NCBI GenBank assembly: GCA_047967505.1
Contig: CM106538.1
Source: Dipteris shenzhenensis
Lineage: Eukaryota
Direction: 5' to 3' (one strand)
DNA: 64,000 bases
In this document: in pieces, positions 13,681-26,377 of the stretch
How positions within the stretch are numbered: the first letter of the stretch is position 1
Layout: the number at the start of each line of letters is the position of its first letter
The notes under the pieces: generated by a model
What the model was told of the DNA's origin: nothing
The model's input: only the letters and a program-made list of their open reading frames with translations
Database searches by the model: none
Position numbers and translations under genes: made by a program

Positions 13681-16600
13681 AGATTTTTCGGATGGATGAT
13701 GGAATAGTCTTGTTTCTCTCTGGCTAGACCATAAACACGTGTGGATTGAATGGTCTTTAAAGAGAATTAGAGAATCAAACTATGCAAGAGAGTCAACTAT
13801 TCCTCTTTTATCAACTATGTTTTCATTTAAGGGTTGAAGTGTTAGATCAAATCGAGCATGAGTATTCACAGATCATGCATTCCTCAAAATGAACTCATGC
13901 GGATCTGTCATCAATTGCCACATGACATGGGATAGACTTATGGTTGCAGGCATCTATAATGTGTACTTATATTATTTTGATAATGCTTGGTTTTTCTTTG
14001 TACTTCAAATGTCAAGAACTGTATGTACTTTTTGCAACTTATTTTTGGCGTATGTACTTACATTTTATTTATATGTTGTTTTTGGCATCTTCTATGTTCA
14101 TGTTATTAATAGATAGATGTGCCACGCTGGTTATAGAACTCCACAACACAAGATTGCACTCAAATCATTGTCTTTTTTTATCAACTTCTTCCATTGTCTA
14201 GAAAGAAACTCAATCCGAAGGTAGGTAAAGGTGGTCTCATCATGAGGGACTTTTTTATATTATCAAGTATGGTTTCATACATCAAGTATGGTCTTGTGAG
14301 AAAACTATCATATTTGCTATCTTATGGAATGGGTTTGAGGACATAAGCAGACGCACCCTTTGACGGCAAAAGCTGTAAGCTCAAAGCTCGTTGACTTCAT
14401 GTCAGTTGTGGTATATATATGTCTATTGAAGGGACATCACATCCATAATGGTCAACTACCATACCCTAAACACTACAATTTAGAATGTGTACACAATAAT
14501 TAAACAATTTACTTATAACGCACAATGTCACACGCATGATTTTATACATTTAAAACATGCATGAATGAATGAAACAATTTACATAATGAATGTAGAAGTA
14601 CACATGCATGACGCTACTCAAAGAACATGCTAGATACATATATATATACCTTATATATATACCTTTATAAGACTAGAATATGTCCAATCATACAAATTTA
14701 GATTTTTTGTTGTTCTAAAGACCAAAAATCTACACAGAAAATAAAAGAGAAAACGAAAGAGAAGAAAAAAGAGGTAAACAAAAACTTTTATGAAAAACAA
14801 AAGGAAGACATACTTACCAAGCAAAGCAACATCAGTGCCCAAGCATAAGCAACTATACTAGGTTTCTAATGACCCGCCAAGTCTCTTGGGCAACGTCAAA
14901 TAAACAAAGGAGAAAGAAAACAAGAAATAAAGAAGAAATGAAGAAGGTGACCAAGCAAAAATAAACAAGCAAGTCGAGAAACAAAATCTTCCAAAAAACA
15001 AGAATAAAATCTCTCTTATTTAAAACATAAAAAGCTAAATGGACCCTTCACACTTATGTATCGCTTCCTACAAAGAGGCAAAATTCAATTTCTAACTTAC
15101 AAAGCACAAGCATACTCAATCAAACTCTCTTTAATTTTCTGTATGAATGACAAAATAAACTGCATGCATGTATGGATCGAATTAAAAATGTATGTTCGAA
15201 TGAAAACCAAAACAATCTCCCTTCTTTAAATAGGAGATTCTGAGTATCTACACCTAAGTAGTCCAATCTAGCCCCCTGTTTTGTGGACACGAGAAATAAG
15301 AACCACTTTCTAAGCCAAGACTTGGGATGGCTTGGATTTGACAAGAGTATTCCCTCTATAATCCAAAGCAATGAAAGAAAACCGACATGATGCTCTTATA
15401 CTACTATCAACAATAGAAATAGCACCACCAATACATGATGTATTACGGCGAATAAGTATTAGCTTTATCAATAGTATTGCTTTTATGTTGGAGGACCGAG
15501 GTAATTTAAATAATACTATTTAACTTAGCAATTGAATTTATAAAATTGCTGGTAGTTATAGCTTACTAACATCAATATTATTCCTTTTATATCGGTGGCG
15601 TAAGTCATAGTACCAGCATAGTAACTGGTTTATAGATTTTCCATAACCGGAGCGTTTATCCATGATTGTGTCCATCCATAGCGGTGTAAATTATATTCAC
15701 ATGTAAATTGCGTTTAAAAAATTGTGATTAAGTGTATGTGTAAGAGAGTACAATAAAAGCCCTTATCCCTTTAGTCGATGTAGACTTTCAAGGTACTTGG
15801 AAGGAACAAGAGCCCATGACAATGTCTCTACATTGTGCCTTGTCATGATATTTGTATACTAATACGTTTTTTATGCATGCTTTTATCTTTAAGACTCGAT
15901 TGTTTTTAATCACAAATCAGCTCAATGTATGGACTCATTTATATTTCATTACAACACAACATTATGCAAATGCAAGGAACTTTTGTTAATTAAATTCATA
16001 TACCGAGAAGAAAAGAAAGCTCCCAAAATAATGCAAGGAACCTTTGTTAGTTAAATTCATATACCGAGAAGAGAAGAAAGCTCCCAAAATAAGGTGTACA
16101 ATCATGGCTTGATACTCAACACAAAACTGTAAAAGCTTAACATTCCAAGATTTTGCTTTTGCTTTTGCTTTTGCATCCATATATGGACTAAAGTCTAAAA
16201 CCTATCAAAACATTGTACTCAGCAGAACTCAAAACCTATAACATCAACAATAAAGTGCCAGTGCAAAACACATGTATAATCATGACATCATGCATATAAT
16301 TACAAGCTCCCACCAGTGAAATAATATGAATCAAAGTATTCTTAGAGTAACTCAGCATATTCTATGGCTCTAGTTTTGGATGGCCACTTGTGCAAGACAC
16401 TTTGGAGTGCGGATTCCATTCAATGGTCACATTTTCCTATTCATTTACAAGCACCAAACAACCTGCTCTTCAACTTCCCCTCAACTGGTCCAGCTAAAGA
16501 AGTGAGAACAACAGAGTTCATTCATTCATTTTCACCCAAGCATGCACTTATTATGTTGCTTCATTCTCAAAATCGTGCTTAGCGTACAAGAGAATATCAG

Positions 16601-17200
16601 GAGAGCCAAATTTAACAAAGCTCCATCATCTTTTATGGTAATGTTGACTTGCACTACTATGCTCACTCGCTGAACCCCCAAACAAATTATCTTAAGAGTA
16701 CCCACTTCAATATTACGGTAAAATGGCAATCGATATGCCCTTATAGTCCTAAAAAGCTCTCTCCGGTACATCTTCCAGAAACAATGCATGCAAAGCATCA
16801 AAGGAGAGAGCTCACCAGATACTAGAGCACTGTTTTAAATTTACTGCAAAAAGGGGAAGGGAATTGGTTACAGAAATCACTATAGCTCCTTCGTCTTTCT
16901 GCAAAAATAAAACGGTTGATAAACCCCATTACCCTATCATGTAAGTCTCAAATGTGACCACAGAAGACTTACAGAAGCAGAGTTTGAAGGAAACACTTGA
17001 GTTGGGGTCAGAGGAGGGAGCGTTCCCAATGGAAAAGCTAGAATGCACTTCTGATGTAATCAACGCGTAGAGCATGATCCCCTGATCATTTTTGCTCAAC
17101 AAGACAAGCAAAGTGGAACATTCAATGATAAACATGCTGAAAAAATCAACAGTGGATTCAAAGCACTGCACAAAAGGATGGGGATCTAAAGTTGAATTTC

Positions 17201-17566
17201 TCATTTTTTTTTCTTGTCACCACTCTTTCCACCAGGCTTTCGCCCTTTTGATCCCTTGCCAAAATATTTTACTTTTTTCTTTTTTACAACAGTTGTCCCA
17301 GATTTGTCGCCTGCACGAAATGGCATGCCCATCAATGTCAAAAGCTTTTGTCCTTCCTTATCTGTTTTTGCTGATGTAATGATAGCTATGTCCATCCCTC
17401 TGGGTTTGTCAATATTGTCGAATCTGATTTCTGGGAAAACCCCCTGCTCTTTAAGGCCAAGGTTGTAATTGCCCTTCCCATCAAAACTGGAAGGGTTCAC
17501 TCCCAAAAAGTCTCGAGTACGTGGAAGCACCAGGTTCAACAATCGATCCAAAAATGAATACATCAG
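17201..17566 (-). CDS. RPL5: Plastid 50S ribosomal protein L5, exon 3 (last coding exon)
   Basis: [34 protein letters not shown]...VFPEI...[28 protein letters not shown] matches the uL5 C-terminal domain. Acceptor TTTTGCAG at 17567 (phase 0); TGA at 17201-17203. Confidence 0.95.
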   Translation of the reverse strand: MMYSFLDRLLNLVLPRTRDFLGVNPSSFDGKGNYNLGLKEQGVFPEIRFDNIDKPRGMDIAIITSAKTDKEGQKLLTLMGMPFRAGDKSGTTVVKKKKVKYFGKGSKGRKPGGKSGDKKKK

Positions 17567-20500
17567 CTGCAAAACCACAGTTGAGATTCTAGCATAAGAT
17601 CAAGAACTATAAGTTATTGGCATACATTTGTATACAAATATACTTGAGATTCCCTCCCCCCCCCCCCCCCCCTCTCTCTCTCCCCCTCTCCCTCTCTCCT
17701 CAGCCCCCAAAAAAAAAATGCAGCAAACACAATTGAGAAACAATCAATCAGCCAGCAGGAGCACAGTCAGCTGCAGGCACAGACAGCAAGAGAGAAAAGT
17801 ACAATGGAAAGGAACACTCAGAAAATCAGTAAAAACATGAAGTGTATTCGCAAGATGCCTTCCAGGTCTCAGTTGCCATGAAAAATGGAAAACACTATCA
17901 ACGACAGTAAGTACATCTCCAAGGAGAAGGAAGGCTTCACAGTCATCAAGGATCCCATGCTATTATGGCTGAACAAATTAGTGTAATTGATGCCTTTATG
18001 GGGTGACAGTACACAGCTTCTCATTCTGTTCGACGGTCTTCCTGTTCCTTCCTTGCACAATCCTAATACCTTGTCCTATGACTGGATAAGAGATTGTCAG
18101 TAGGATTATTTAGAAATTAGAAATATACCATCCGGTGTGGTGTACCAACATTCTTCCTTTTAGGATAATTAGAATTCATGGGGCATGGTTTGGCGATGTG
18201 ACCAACATCTCCACATCCAAAATATCAATTCTTTCAGATGTGCCTCTCATTTTTCAAGGATGAAAGAACTCATATTTATTCTGAGAGAAATTATTGGTGC
18301 CAGTGATAGATGGCCAAGATACATGTTGGATATACGGAGTTTTAGGTGTCAGTCTAGGAGTTTATGTGATTTTGGTCATTTTAGGGTTTAAGTCCCAAAC
18401 CCTAATTTTCTAGGGTTAGGGTTAGGGCTTCAAAAACCTAACCTATATGAATCATGTTTAGTCATTTTCTCATTATGCAATACATGGGTTTCATTTGTGT
18501 GCTCTCTCGCTTTCCCACTTGAAACCATATTCTAACATGGTATCAGAGCACGTTCAAGACCTGCCTCCAACCTACCTCAGCCTCTCCTTCACTTCCCCTC
18601 TTCTCCCAGTACCCTCTCCACCCTTTGAGAGCACTTTTGTCACGAAAACTTGGTCTTTTATCGCGAGGGGATCACTGTCTTAGGTCGTTTTTCAGTATAG
18701 CAGCCTGTTTTCGACCCAAGAAGCGCTCATGGAGGCTTCTCCCAAATAGGCGACTGTTCCTAGGGCCTTGGGCTGCAACTCCAAGGTGTTTGTCAGCAAG
18801 GCAACCTGTTTTTTACCTGCGACAGCATCTTCTCCCTGTTTCAGTCCTAGACGCCTACTTTGGTGCATCCCCAGGGCTTTCTCTTGGAAAGGCGACTGCT
18901 CTTTTTGCTGTTTCTGTCTGCTGCAGCACCTCCTCCTACAGGTCGACTCATCTACAGCAGGTTTCGGGTGTTTCGAACATTTTGAGTAAGGTTCTGGGGC
19001 TGTTTTGACAGCCAAGCACTGGCTACTAGTGAGCCCCTTGGAGGTGACTCCCTTCTTGCTGAAAAACAGGTCTGCATCAGCAGATTTTTTTGTCAGATTA
19101 ATTTCGGGTGTCTTCTACAGCAAATCCTAACCCTTTGAAGCAAGATCGGAGCTTGTGTTGAAACAAACCTGTTCGGTGCTGTTCTGCGCAACTTCGACTG
19201 CTATGACAGCATATCTTTGCTGATCTTGACCTTGCTACAGCAAACCCTAATTCCTGCAGCAGAAACCCTGATCTATAAACCCTAATTCTTGTCAATAGCT
19301 ATGGAGTAAACAAGAATATGTTCGTGGTTGAGAAATCCAGCAGCACCAATTTCCCACCCTGGTAGACTAAGCTGCGACTGCTTCTCATGCGAGATGGACT
19401 TTGGGGCATTGTCAAAGGAACTGAACCAAGGCCCAAAGGAGAAGAGGGAACTCCAGCACTCAAGACTTGGGATGATAAGAATGACAAAACACTTGCACAT
19501 ATTGTCTTGGGTCTCGCAGATAATCTCATTCACCATTTGGACCTCAACAAGACCACCAAAGAAATATGACACGAGTTGGATCAGCTCTTCGGCCACAAAA
19601 TCAAGTGCTCCAAGGTATTTTTGAAGCAAAAGTTCTTTTCTTTGCGCATGAATGAAGATCAACCTTTGACAGAACACTTGAGTACCTTGAGTTCTATCAT
19701 CCACCAGCTTGAGGCTCTTGAAGCTCAAGTTGATGACGATGGTAAGAAAGCGGTTCTACTCACTAGCATTGAAGGCATCAACCGATACTGTGATGTCTTG
19801 GCTGTCCTAAGTGTGGCACGAGACCTCAGCTTTGAAGAAATGGCAGCCATTCTAATTGATGAAGACCACCACCTTAAGGAGCTAAAGGAGGTCACCCTAC
19901 AGCATGCATTTCACGCAAAGGACAAAGGCAAGAAGATCCCAAAGCCTCCAAATTGTACTTTTTGCAAGAAATTGGGTCACGCTGAAGATCGTTGCTTTAA
20001 GAACATGGCTAAGGGAAGCTGCTCCCGCTCCCTGGCTGCTCCCACCGCCCTGCCCGCCTTGCCTCCGCCTCCTCTCCGCCCCTGCCTCGCCGCTGCCCTT
20101 TCGCCCCCGCCTCTACCCCGCTAATCTTTGGCTCCTCTCCGCCATCCCTCGCCTCCGCCTCTCTCTCCTCTCTCCGCCCTTCCGCCGTCCTCCCCGGTAT
20201 CCTCTCCGCCATCCTCTCTGCCATCCCTCGCCCTTGCCTTCACCCCACCTTCACTCCCCGACTCCACCTCCTTCTCCCTCCTCACCTCCACTTCACCGCC
20301 TCCTTCCCGCCTTCACCCCCCCCTCTCCGCCTCCATCTCCATCTCCGCCTCCTCCCTGCCCCCCTCGACGCTTCCTCCCCTGCCGCCTCCCTCCCGCTCT
20401 CTTTGCGTCCCTTTCTCGACCCCCCCGCTGCTTTTTCTCCACCTCACCTCTTCATGCTGCCCCCCTGCCTCTCTTCTTCACCTCCTCCCCCCTACCTTTT

Positions 20501-20922
20501 CCATCCCCACCTCCTCCTTTCCGCCTCTTCTTTTCCTTCCTCTCCTTCACTCGCAACGTTTGTTTAGGAGGAAGAAGATCTTGGTGGTGACCTTTGGTTT
20601 GGCCAGAGGGGCTCTATGGCAGCACCCTCGAATCCCACAACCGTTAAGGTCCTTCTTTCTCCAACTGACAAACAACAGGTATCGTTGCAGACATATGGGT
20701 AACCTAGCCAGAGATTGCCCTCGTGGCCAAGGCTGAGCGCCTCCCCCCCACCTCCGTAGAGCAAGCAGAGTTAGCAAGCCAGAGCCCAACACCCTCCCAG
20801 ACGGGAGCAGTAAGAGCCTTAGACCCCTTGGGTGACCCCCTTAGAAGGGAACTGGACCCAAGTTAAAAAGAAAAAGAAACCAAGCAAACAGGCCCGCAAG
20901 CGCCGCAGGCAAAGGGCTAGAC

Positions 20923-20965
<43 letters not shown>

Positions 20966-23900
20966 GAGGCACCTGAGGAGGAGCAGTAGTGGGAGCCCTT
21001 ACGTGGAGCCCCACCCCCCCTAGCAGAAGGGGCCACTGCCCAGCCAGATGATCCTCCCGTATTGGAGGTTCAACGTCCACAATCACCCTTGCATCAGCAG
21101 TGAGCCCCGAGAGCTCCTGATGCTACGATGGCGAAAGCTACGTCCACAATCACCCTTGCATCAGCAGTGAGCCCCGATGAGCCTGATTAGCAAGGGGGGT
21201 CTGTGGTCGCCCCTACTCCCCCCTGCCCTCCTCCCCCTCTAGATCCCTCTCCCTCTCAACTCCCCCCCTTCCCTCTTGGATTCCCCCCGCCCCCTCCCCC
21301 CTCCTGCTATGATCACCCTCACCACCCGCCCCCCTCCCTCCGCCTCCCTCTCTCCTCCCTCCTCCCTCCCCATCCGCTCCCCTCTCCACCTCCTTAGCAG
21401 GTTCTTCAGCCTCTCTCCCCTCCCCTGCCTTGACACCCCTGCCAGCAAGCAAGGGTAAGACAACATCCCCTTTTGCTTCCTCACCGCAACATTCGGTCCA
21501 TCCAGGGAGGGAGCCAAAGGGAAGGGGCTCGTCCTCCCGGTCAGCAGCTCCCAATCTCCAACCTGGGCGTCCCTTACCGCGGGGGTTCTGGAGATTGGAA
21601 CCCTGGAATTATCTAGAGATTCCGGACTCTTACCCTCTACCGCTGGAGGTGACGCTTGTGGTCTTGCAGCCGCGGAAAGGGGGTTCGATCAGCGTAGTGG
21701 GCTCCCAAACACACCCCGTTTGGAGATTCCAGTTCGCCTCCACAGGGTTGGAGAAGTGGTCCCCACTGGTGTTTGATGCTATTTTGGGAGATCAGATTTC
21801 ATGCACGATGGACGAGTGGATTGCTATGGCCATAGGGACTGGACCTTTGGCACGCCCATGGTGTGGAGGTGAACTTTCAGCTATGCTTCACGCGAGAGAA
21901 GCCGATGTGTGATTTGGCGGTAGGAGTTGTCAGATTGCCGCTTGAGGCAAAGGTTGATCAGGCATACTACTGGCCCCTTTAGAAGTGTGCGGAGTTGTTC
22001 GGGGTGGAAGTCTCCTTCATGATGAAGTGGGCACGAAAGATTGGCATTGAGCCGGTGTCCACCCTAGTACGTCGACGTATAGACACAGACTACTCGCCCT
22101 CCAAACCCCTAGCAAAGTCACATAAGGCAATCTTTTTGGAACAGGCACCCACTCATAGGAGAGCCTTGTTTTCTGCATCTCCGTCCTCGTGAGCTGGACC
22201 ATAGTGAGTTGGAACGTGCACGGGCTTCACGATCGTGCTCGTAGTCAACCATAGTACCTTATACTCCGACAGGAGTTGCAGAGGGCAGCGGTAGGACGGA
22301 CAGTGGACATCCTTTTAATTCAGGAGCATATGCTCTCAGCATCAAACATCAGACGGCGACACCACCTTCCCCCAGGGAGAGGTCCAGAGGTGTGGTCCCT
22401 TGCAGTAGGACAAAGTGGAGGGGTCTGCATCTCGGTCTCACAGACAGTGGCTCTAGAGGTCTACGATCAAGGCGAGCTTATCCCAGGACGGGCAATTTGG
22501 ATGGGAGTTAGGACAGGAGAGTCCAGGACTGGGATCTTGAACGTGTATGCCCCAGCGTGTAGACAGCACCACCTAGCCTTGTGGAGGAGCTATCAGGGTG
22601 TCTTCCGGATGTAGATTCTTGGATTGTTGGAGGGCACTTCAACAACCTGGAGTTTAGGGAAGACAAGCAGGGTAGCACCTCCTTCTCTAAGATACCAACA
22701 GCAGAGCGGAGCACCTGGGAGCAGTTCATGTTCATGATCAGTGGTAGATACCTATGGCGAGGGCCAAAGTTCAGCAGGATACCTGGCAGCCTCCTCTTCT
22801 CTCTATCGGACAGAGACATGATGGACTTCTTGAGAGGCTAGACCGCTTCTACGTTGGTGACTGGGCACTGCACAAAGGCAGTTCTGCCGGGATTCTGGCA
22901 AGTACCACGATGTCATACCACTCTCTAGTAGTACTTCACTTAGAGCAACCCCGCCAAGGTCTTCCCCAAAAGGGGGTCCACATTCCAGAGGACCTCCTGC
23001 AGAACGAGGAGATTCAGCAGGTCATGGCAGGGATTTGGGAGCAGTCAAAGATAGCACCGAGCGAGGGTTGGGTTTCATGGGTGGCCGATGCGATCCAGAG
23101 GAGCAGTGAGAAGTTGCAGACTCATGCGAGCGGGCATTGAGGAGAGACCTCGGCTCCATAGAGCACATCCGGGAGAAGGACCCAGGTTCTCAGTGGCTTA
23201 GTGCCACGTTTGAGAGCGCTCGCCTTGAGCTTCAGGACACAGAGATTCAGCAGGTTGAGTTCTCCTATCACTCTTCCCGAGCCCAGTGGGTACAACAAGG
23301 GGACAAGATGACGAAGCAGTTTTTTCATACCACTGAGCCCCAATCGACAGGCACGCAACTGCAGCGTCTGCGAGATCTGCAGGGCATCATGCACACTAAC
23401 CCGCATGAGATTTTAGACCTGACCACAGGTTTTTGCAGCCAGCTCTTTCAGACAGAGAGGATGACTCCAAATGGTCTTGTGGCCTGGGAGGTAGTTGGGG
23501 ATCACATTCCGACAGTAGTTTGGCAGGATTTGTGCAGGAGCTTTGGGAGGCCCTCAAGGCTCTCCCGACCCAGAAGTGTCCTGGCGAAGATGGCTTGACT
23601 CTGGCCTTCTTCCGAAACTTCTGGAAGATTATCTCCACCCCTTTCCAGCTAGCTTGTCAGAAGATTTTTAACACGGGCTCTCTCCCTCAGTCCCTGAGCA
23701 AGGGGTGGATTTGCTTGATCCTGAAAGGGGGAGATAGGTTAGACATTCAGCAGTTCAGACCGATCACTTTGCTTGATACTGCATACAAGATCCTCGCAAG
23801 GGTCTTGAGTTTGCGATTACGGCCCCATCTTACTGACATCATTCACGACATAGACCGGGTTTGTCTAGGAGCACAGCATCCTAGACAACATCTTCACGTT

Positions 23901-24457
23901 TTGGGAGGCAATGGGAGTTTGGAGAGAGTCAAAGGAGCCCTGGCTATCTACTGTGAGGCCTCGGGTGCATGGATCAACTAGACAAAGTCCATAGGTTTCT
24001 TCATAGGCTCTGAGGAGACACAGGAGATTCATGAGTGGGGGAGATGGATACCGTGGGGCCAGACAGCGAGATACCTCGGATGCCAAGTTGGTATTGACAT
24101 TACAGTAGAGCAGTACATCGCCCCGGTCCTTGAGAGTGTTTAGCGCAAGCTTCTCTACTGAAGCTCGACCAAACTCTCCCTAGCAGGTCATGCCTTAGTG
24201 GAAAACCAGGTCCTTGCCACAGCCTGGTATATTGCCTCCTGCTGGTGTTTTCACAAAGGGTGCATTGGGCAGCTCCGATGGTTGGTTTGGAACTTCCTTT
24301 GAGCAGGTTCGGACGGCACGAGGAATACTAGAGCCTGGGTCACTTGGCAGACGGTGATCATGCCGCACGCATTGGGAGGCTTGGGTATCATTGATCCGGA
24401 GATGCAGAGCAGAGCCCTCTTGGGCAAGTTGGTTGTTCACGGCCTCACCCCACGTGC

Positions 24458-24698
24458 TGTTGGGGTAAAGGCACTGGCCACCCTATGTAAATAGTACTTT
24501 ATGTTGTACTTTAATGTAGGACACTTAAGTACACTAAGTACACATTTGTACTTAGATGTACTTAAGGGTTACTACCTTATCCATAATATATATGTGTGTA
24601 CTTGGGGAGGTACCACTCACTCATTGTGATTATCCCCACTATTGTGTGTGTGCAGTGAGTCTCTCTACTCCCTACTCTATCTCCCTCACACTCTATCA
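24458..24698 (+). repeat. 5' LTR of Copia element 1
   Basis: TGTTGGGG...CTATCA, identical to 30495-30735 by base-by-base reading. Confidence 0.97.
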
Positions 24699-24813
24699 AC
24701 TGGTATCAGAGCCAACGGGCTCTCTCCCCCTCCACTACCACTCCCTCCTCTCCCTATCCTACCCCTTCCGTACGGACCGATCCGTACGGCCGTACGACGT
24801 CCGTACAACCGTA

Positions 24814-24956
24814 CGGACGGATCGCGAACGGCGGCTGCAACGGCTGCAACGACGGACGGATCGCGAACGGCGGCTGCAACGGCTGCAACGACGGACGGAT
24901 CGCAAACGGCGACTGCAACGACTGCAACGGCGGCGGATCGCGAACGGCGGCTGCAA
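24814..24956 (+). repeat. 39-bp CpG-rich tandem repeat (~3.7 copies) in the Copia leader
   Basis: Unit CGGACGGATCGCGAACGGCGGCTGCAACGGCTGCAACGA; translates as the repeated TDRERRLQRLQRR. Confidence 0.9.
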
Positions 24957-26377
24957 GAGCGTGAACGGCGCGGCTGCATCGGTGCGGCTGCCAGGGCGCA
25001 GGGCGTGGCTGCACGTCGCTGGTTTCACGGCTCACAGACTTTGTGAGTTCAAGCCAAAGGAGCTTTCTAAGTCGTGCATCCATCTCGTCAACGGATCCTT
25101 CACCCTGCTCTTTAACAGACGACCTGCTGCACGCTCACCGTTCTGTTCACTGAAGCAATACGCTGGAGCTTGCCACCTACCTTGGCCAACCAGAGGTCGG
25201 TGGATTCACTTGTAACGTGTGGACCAAGGCGGACTTCATCGTCTATTGGGAGGACACCGAAAACAAGCAGGCCTGTGAAGTGGGTTTTCTCTTCCGGGAT
25301 GACTGCTCATGTGATGACTTTTGAAGTGGGAGCTGTTCTTGACGACAGTCAGTGGCAAGTACACCGTACAAGTACAGCCAGCAGGCAGGGTACCGTGCAA
25401 AGGTCCGCAAGGTGTTTTATTTGGGGCAGGGCTTACACTCGCACTGAGGCATTATGCCGCAAACAGTGTTGAGACAGGTCTTATCACTTGGCCAGTGATT
25501 GTACACAGTGGTGGCACTGAGAGTATGCATTGGACAGATCTGTACTTGATACTTGCAGTGTATGCTTTGTTGGATGCAACTCAATGGATTTGCAGTCAGA
25601 CGCCTTGTGAGCAGTAGCAGTTGATGCCATTTACTGTGTTAATGCACGGAATGTGCTGTCAATTCAAGGGGCTTTTGATGCTATTATGCTTGGGACAAAT
25701 GCTTTAGCTTGTTGCTGAAAGTACAATCACTTTTGGTACAGATTTGGTCGATTTTGACCAAGTTTGACTTTAGTCAAATTTGGGGCTTTTGTAGCCTGAC
25801 CGGCAATCTGTCAAGTGGGAGCACTCTACATGCATCAGGCTATCTCGTAAAGCACTACTATGCTTTGAAAGTGCAAATTTGACTTACAGTTTTTTTTTAA
25901 TTGGAGGTCAAATCTCTGATTTTCTTCATGCATTCAAAGGGCTTTTGAGCAATCTCACTTCCAAACTGTGAATTCAGTTGGGGGGGAAGTTTCTGGAGCA
26001 TATGGAGGTCTAAAATCAGAGATCTTCATCCACAATCAGAGATTCACTGTTTTTTTGACAGTCCGGGACTGTCAACCAGCAAGTTTGACCAGATTTCACT
26101 GTCAAAAAGGTCAAAAAGTACTGCTACTTTTTCAGAAAACAGTTCTGGGATTTTTCTGAAGCACTTTGAAGGAGCTGTACCGCACTTTCGCCAGCAGACC
26201 AGACAACAACAACTTGCTGTACTGTTTCTGCAGCAAGTGGGAGAAAGACTTTCAGTTGGTTTTATGCCACTGAAACAGTACCAAGTTCATTTTCTGATCG
26301 TACTTCCGCTGCGGGAGAATTTTCTTGGAGTGACTGGTGCTTAATTGAACACCTACAGGGATTCTACTTTCTTTACT

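Noticed and set aside
12708-13699. Long L/P/S-rich and G/E/A-rich ORFs (321 aa, 128 aa)
   Set aside because: Products of low-complexity purine/pyrimidine sequence, with no domain signal.
15991-16092. 42-bp direct repeat (60-bp period); similar small duplications at ~6900-7140, 21073-21175 and 49420-49530
   Set aside because: Ordinary local duplications without evidence of function.
19904-20736. Proline-rich extensin-like ORFs
   Set aside because: They derive from the C-rich 5' region of the LINE, including read-through from the interrupted gag.
24814-24956. Possible CRISPR-like array
   Set aside because: Head-to-tail tandem repeat without unique spacers, inside a eukaryotic retrotransposon leader.
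24556-25215. 219-aa ORF spanning the LTR and leader
   Set aside because: Starts inside the LTR and stays open because of the GC-rich repeat; no recognisable protein.
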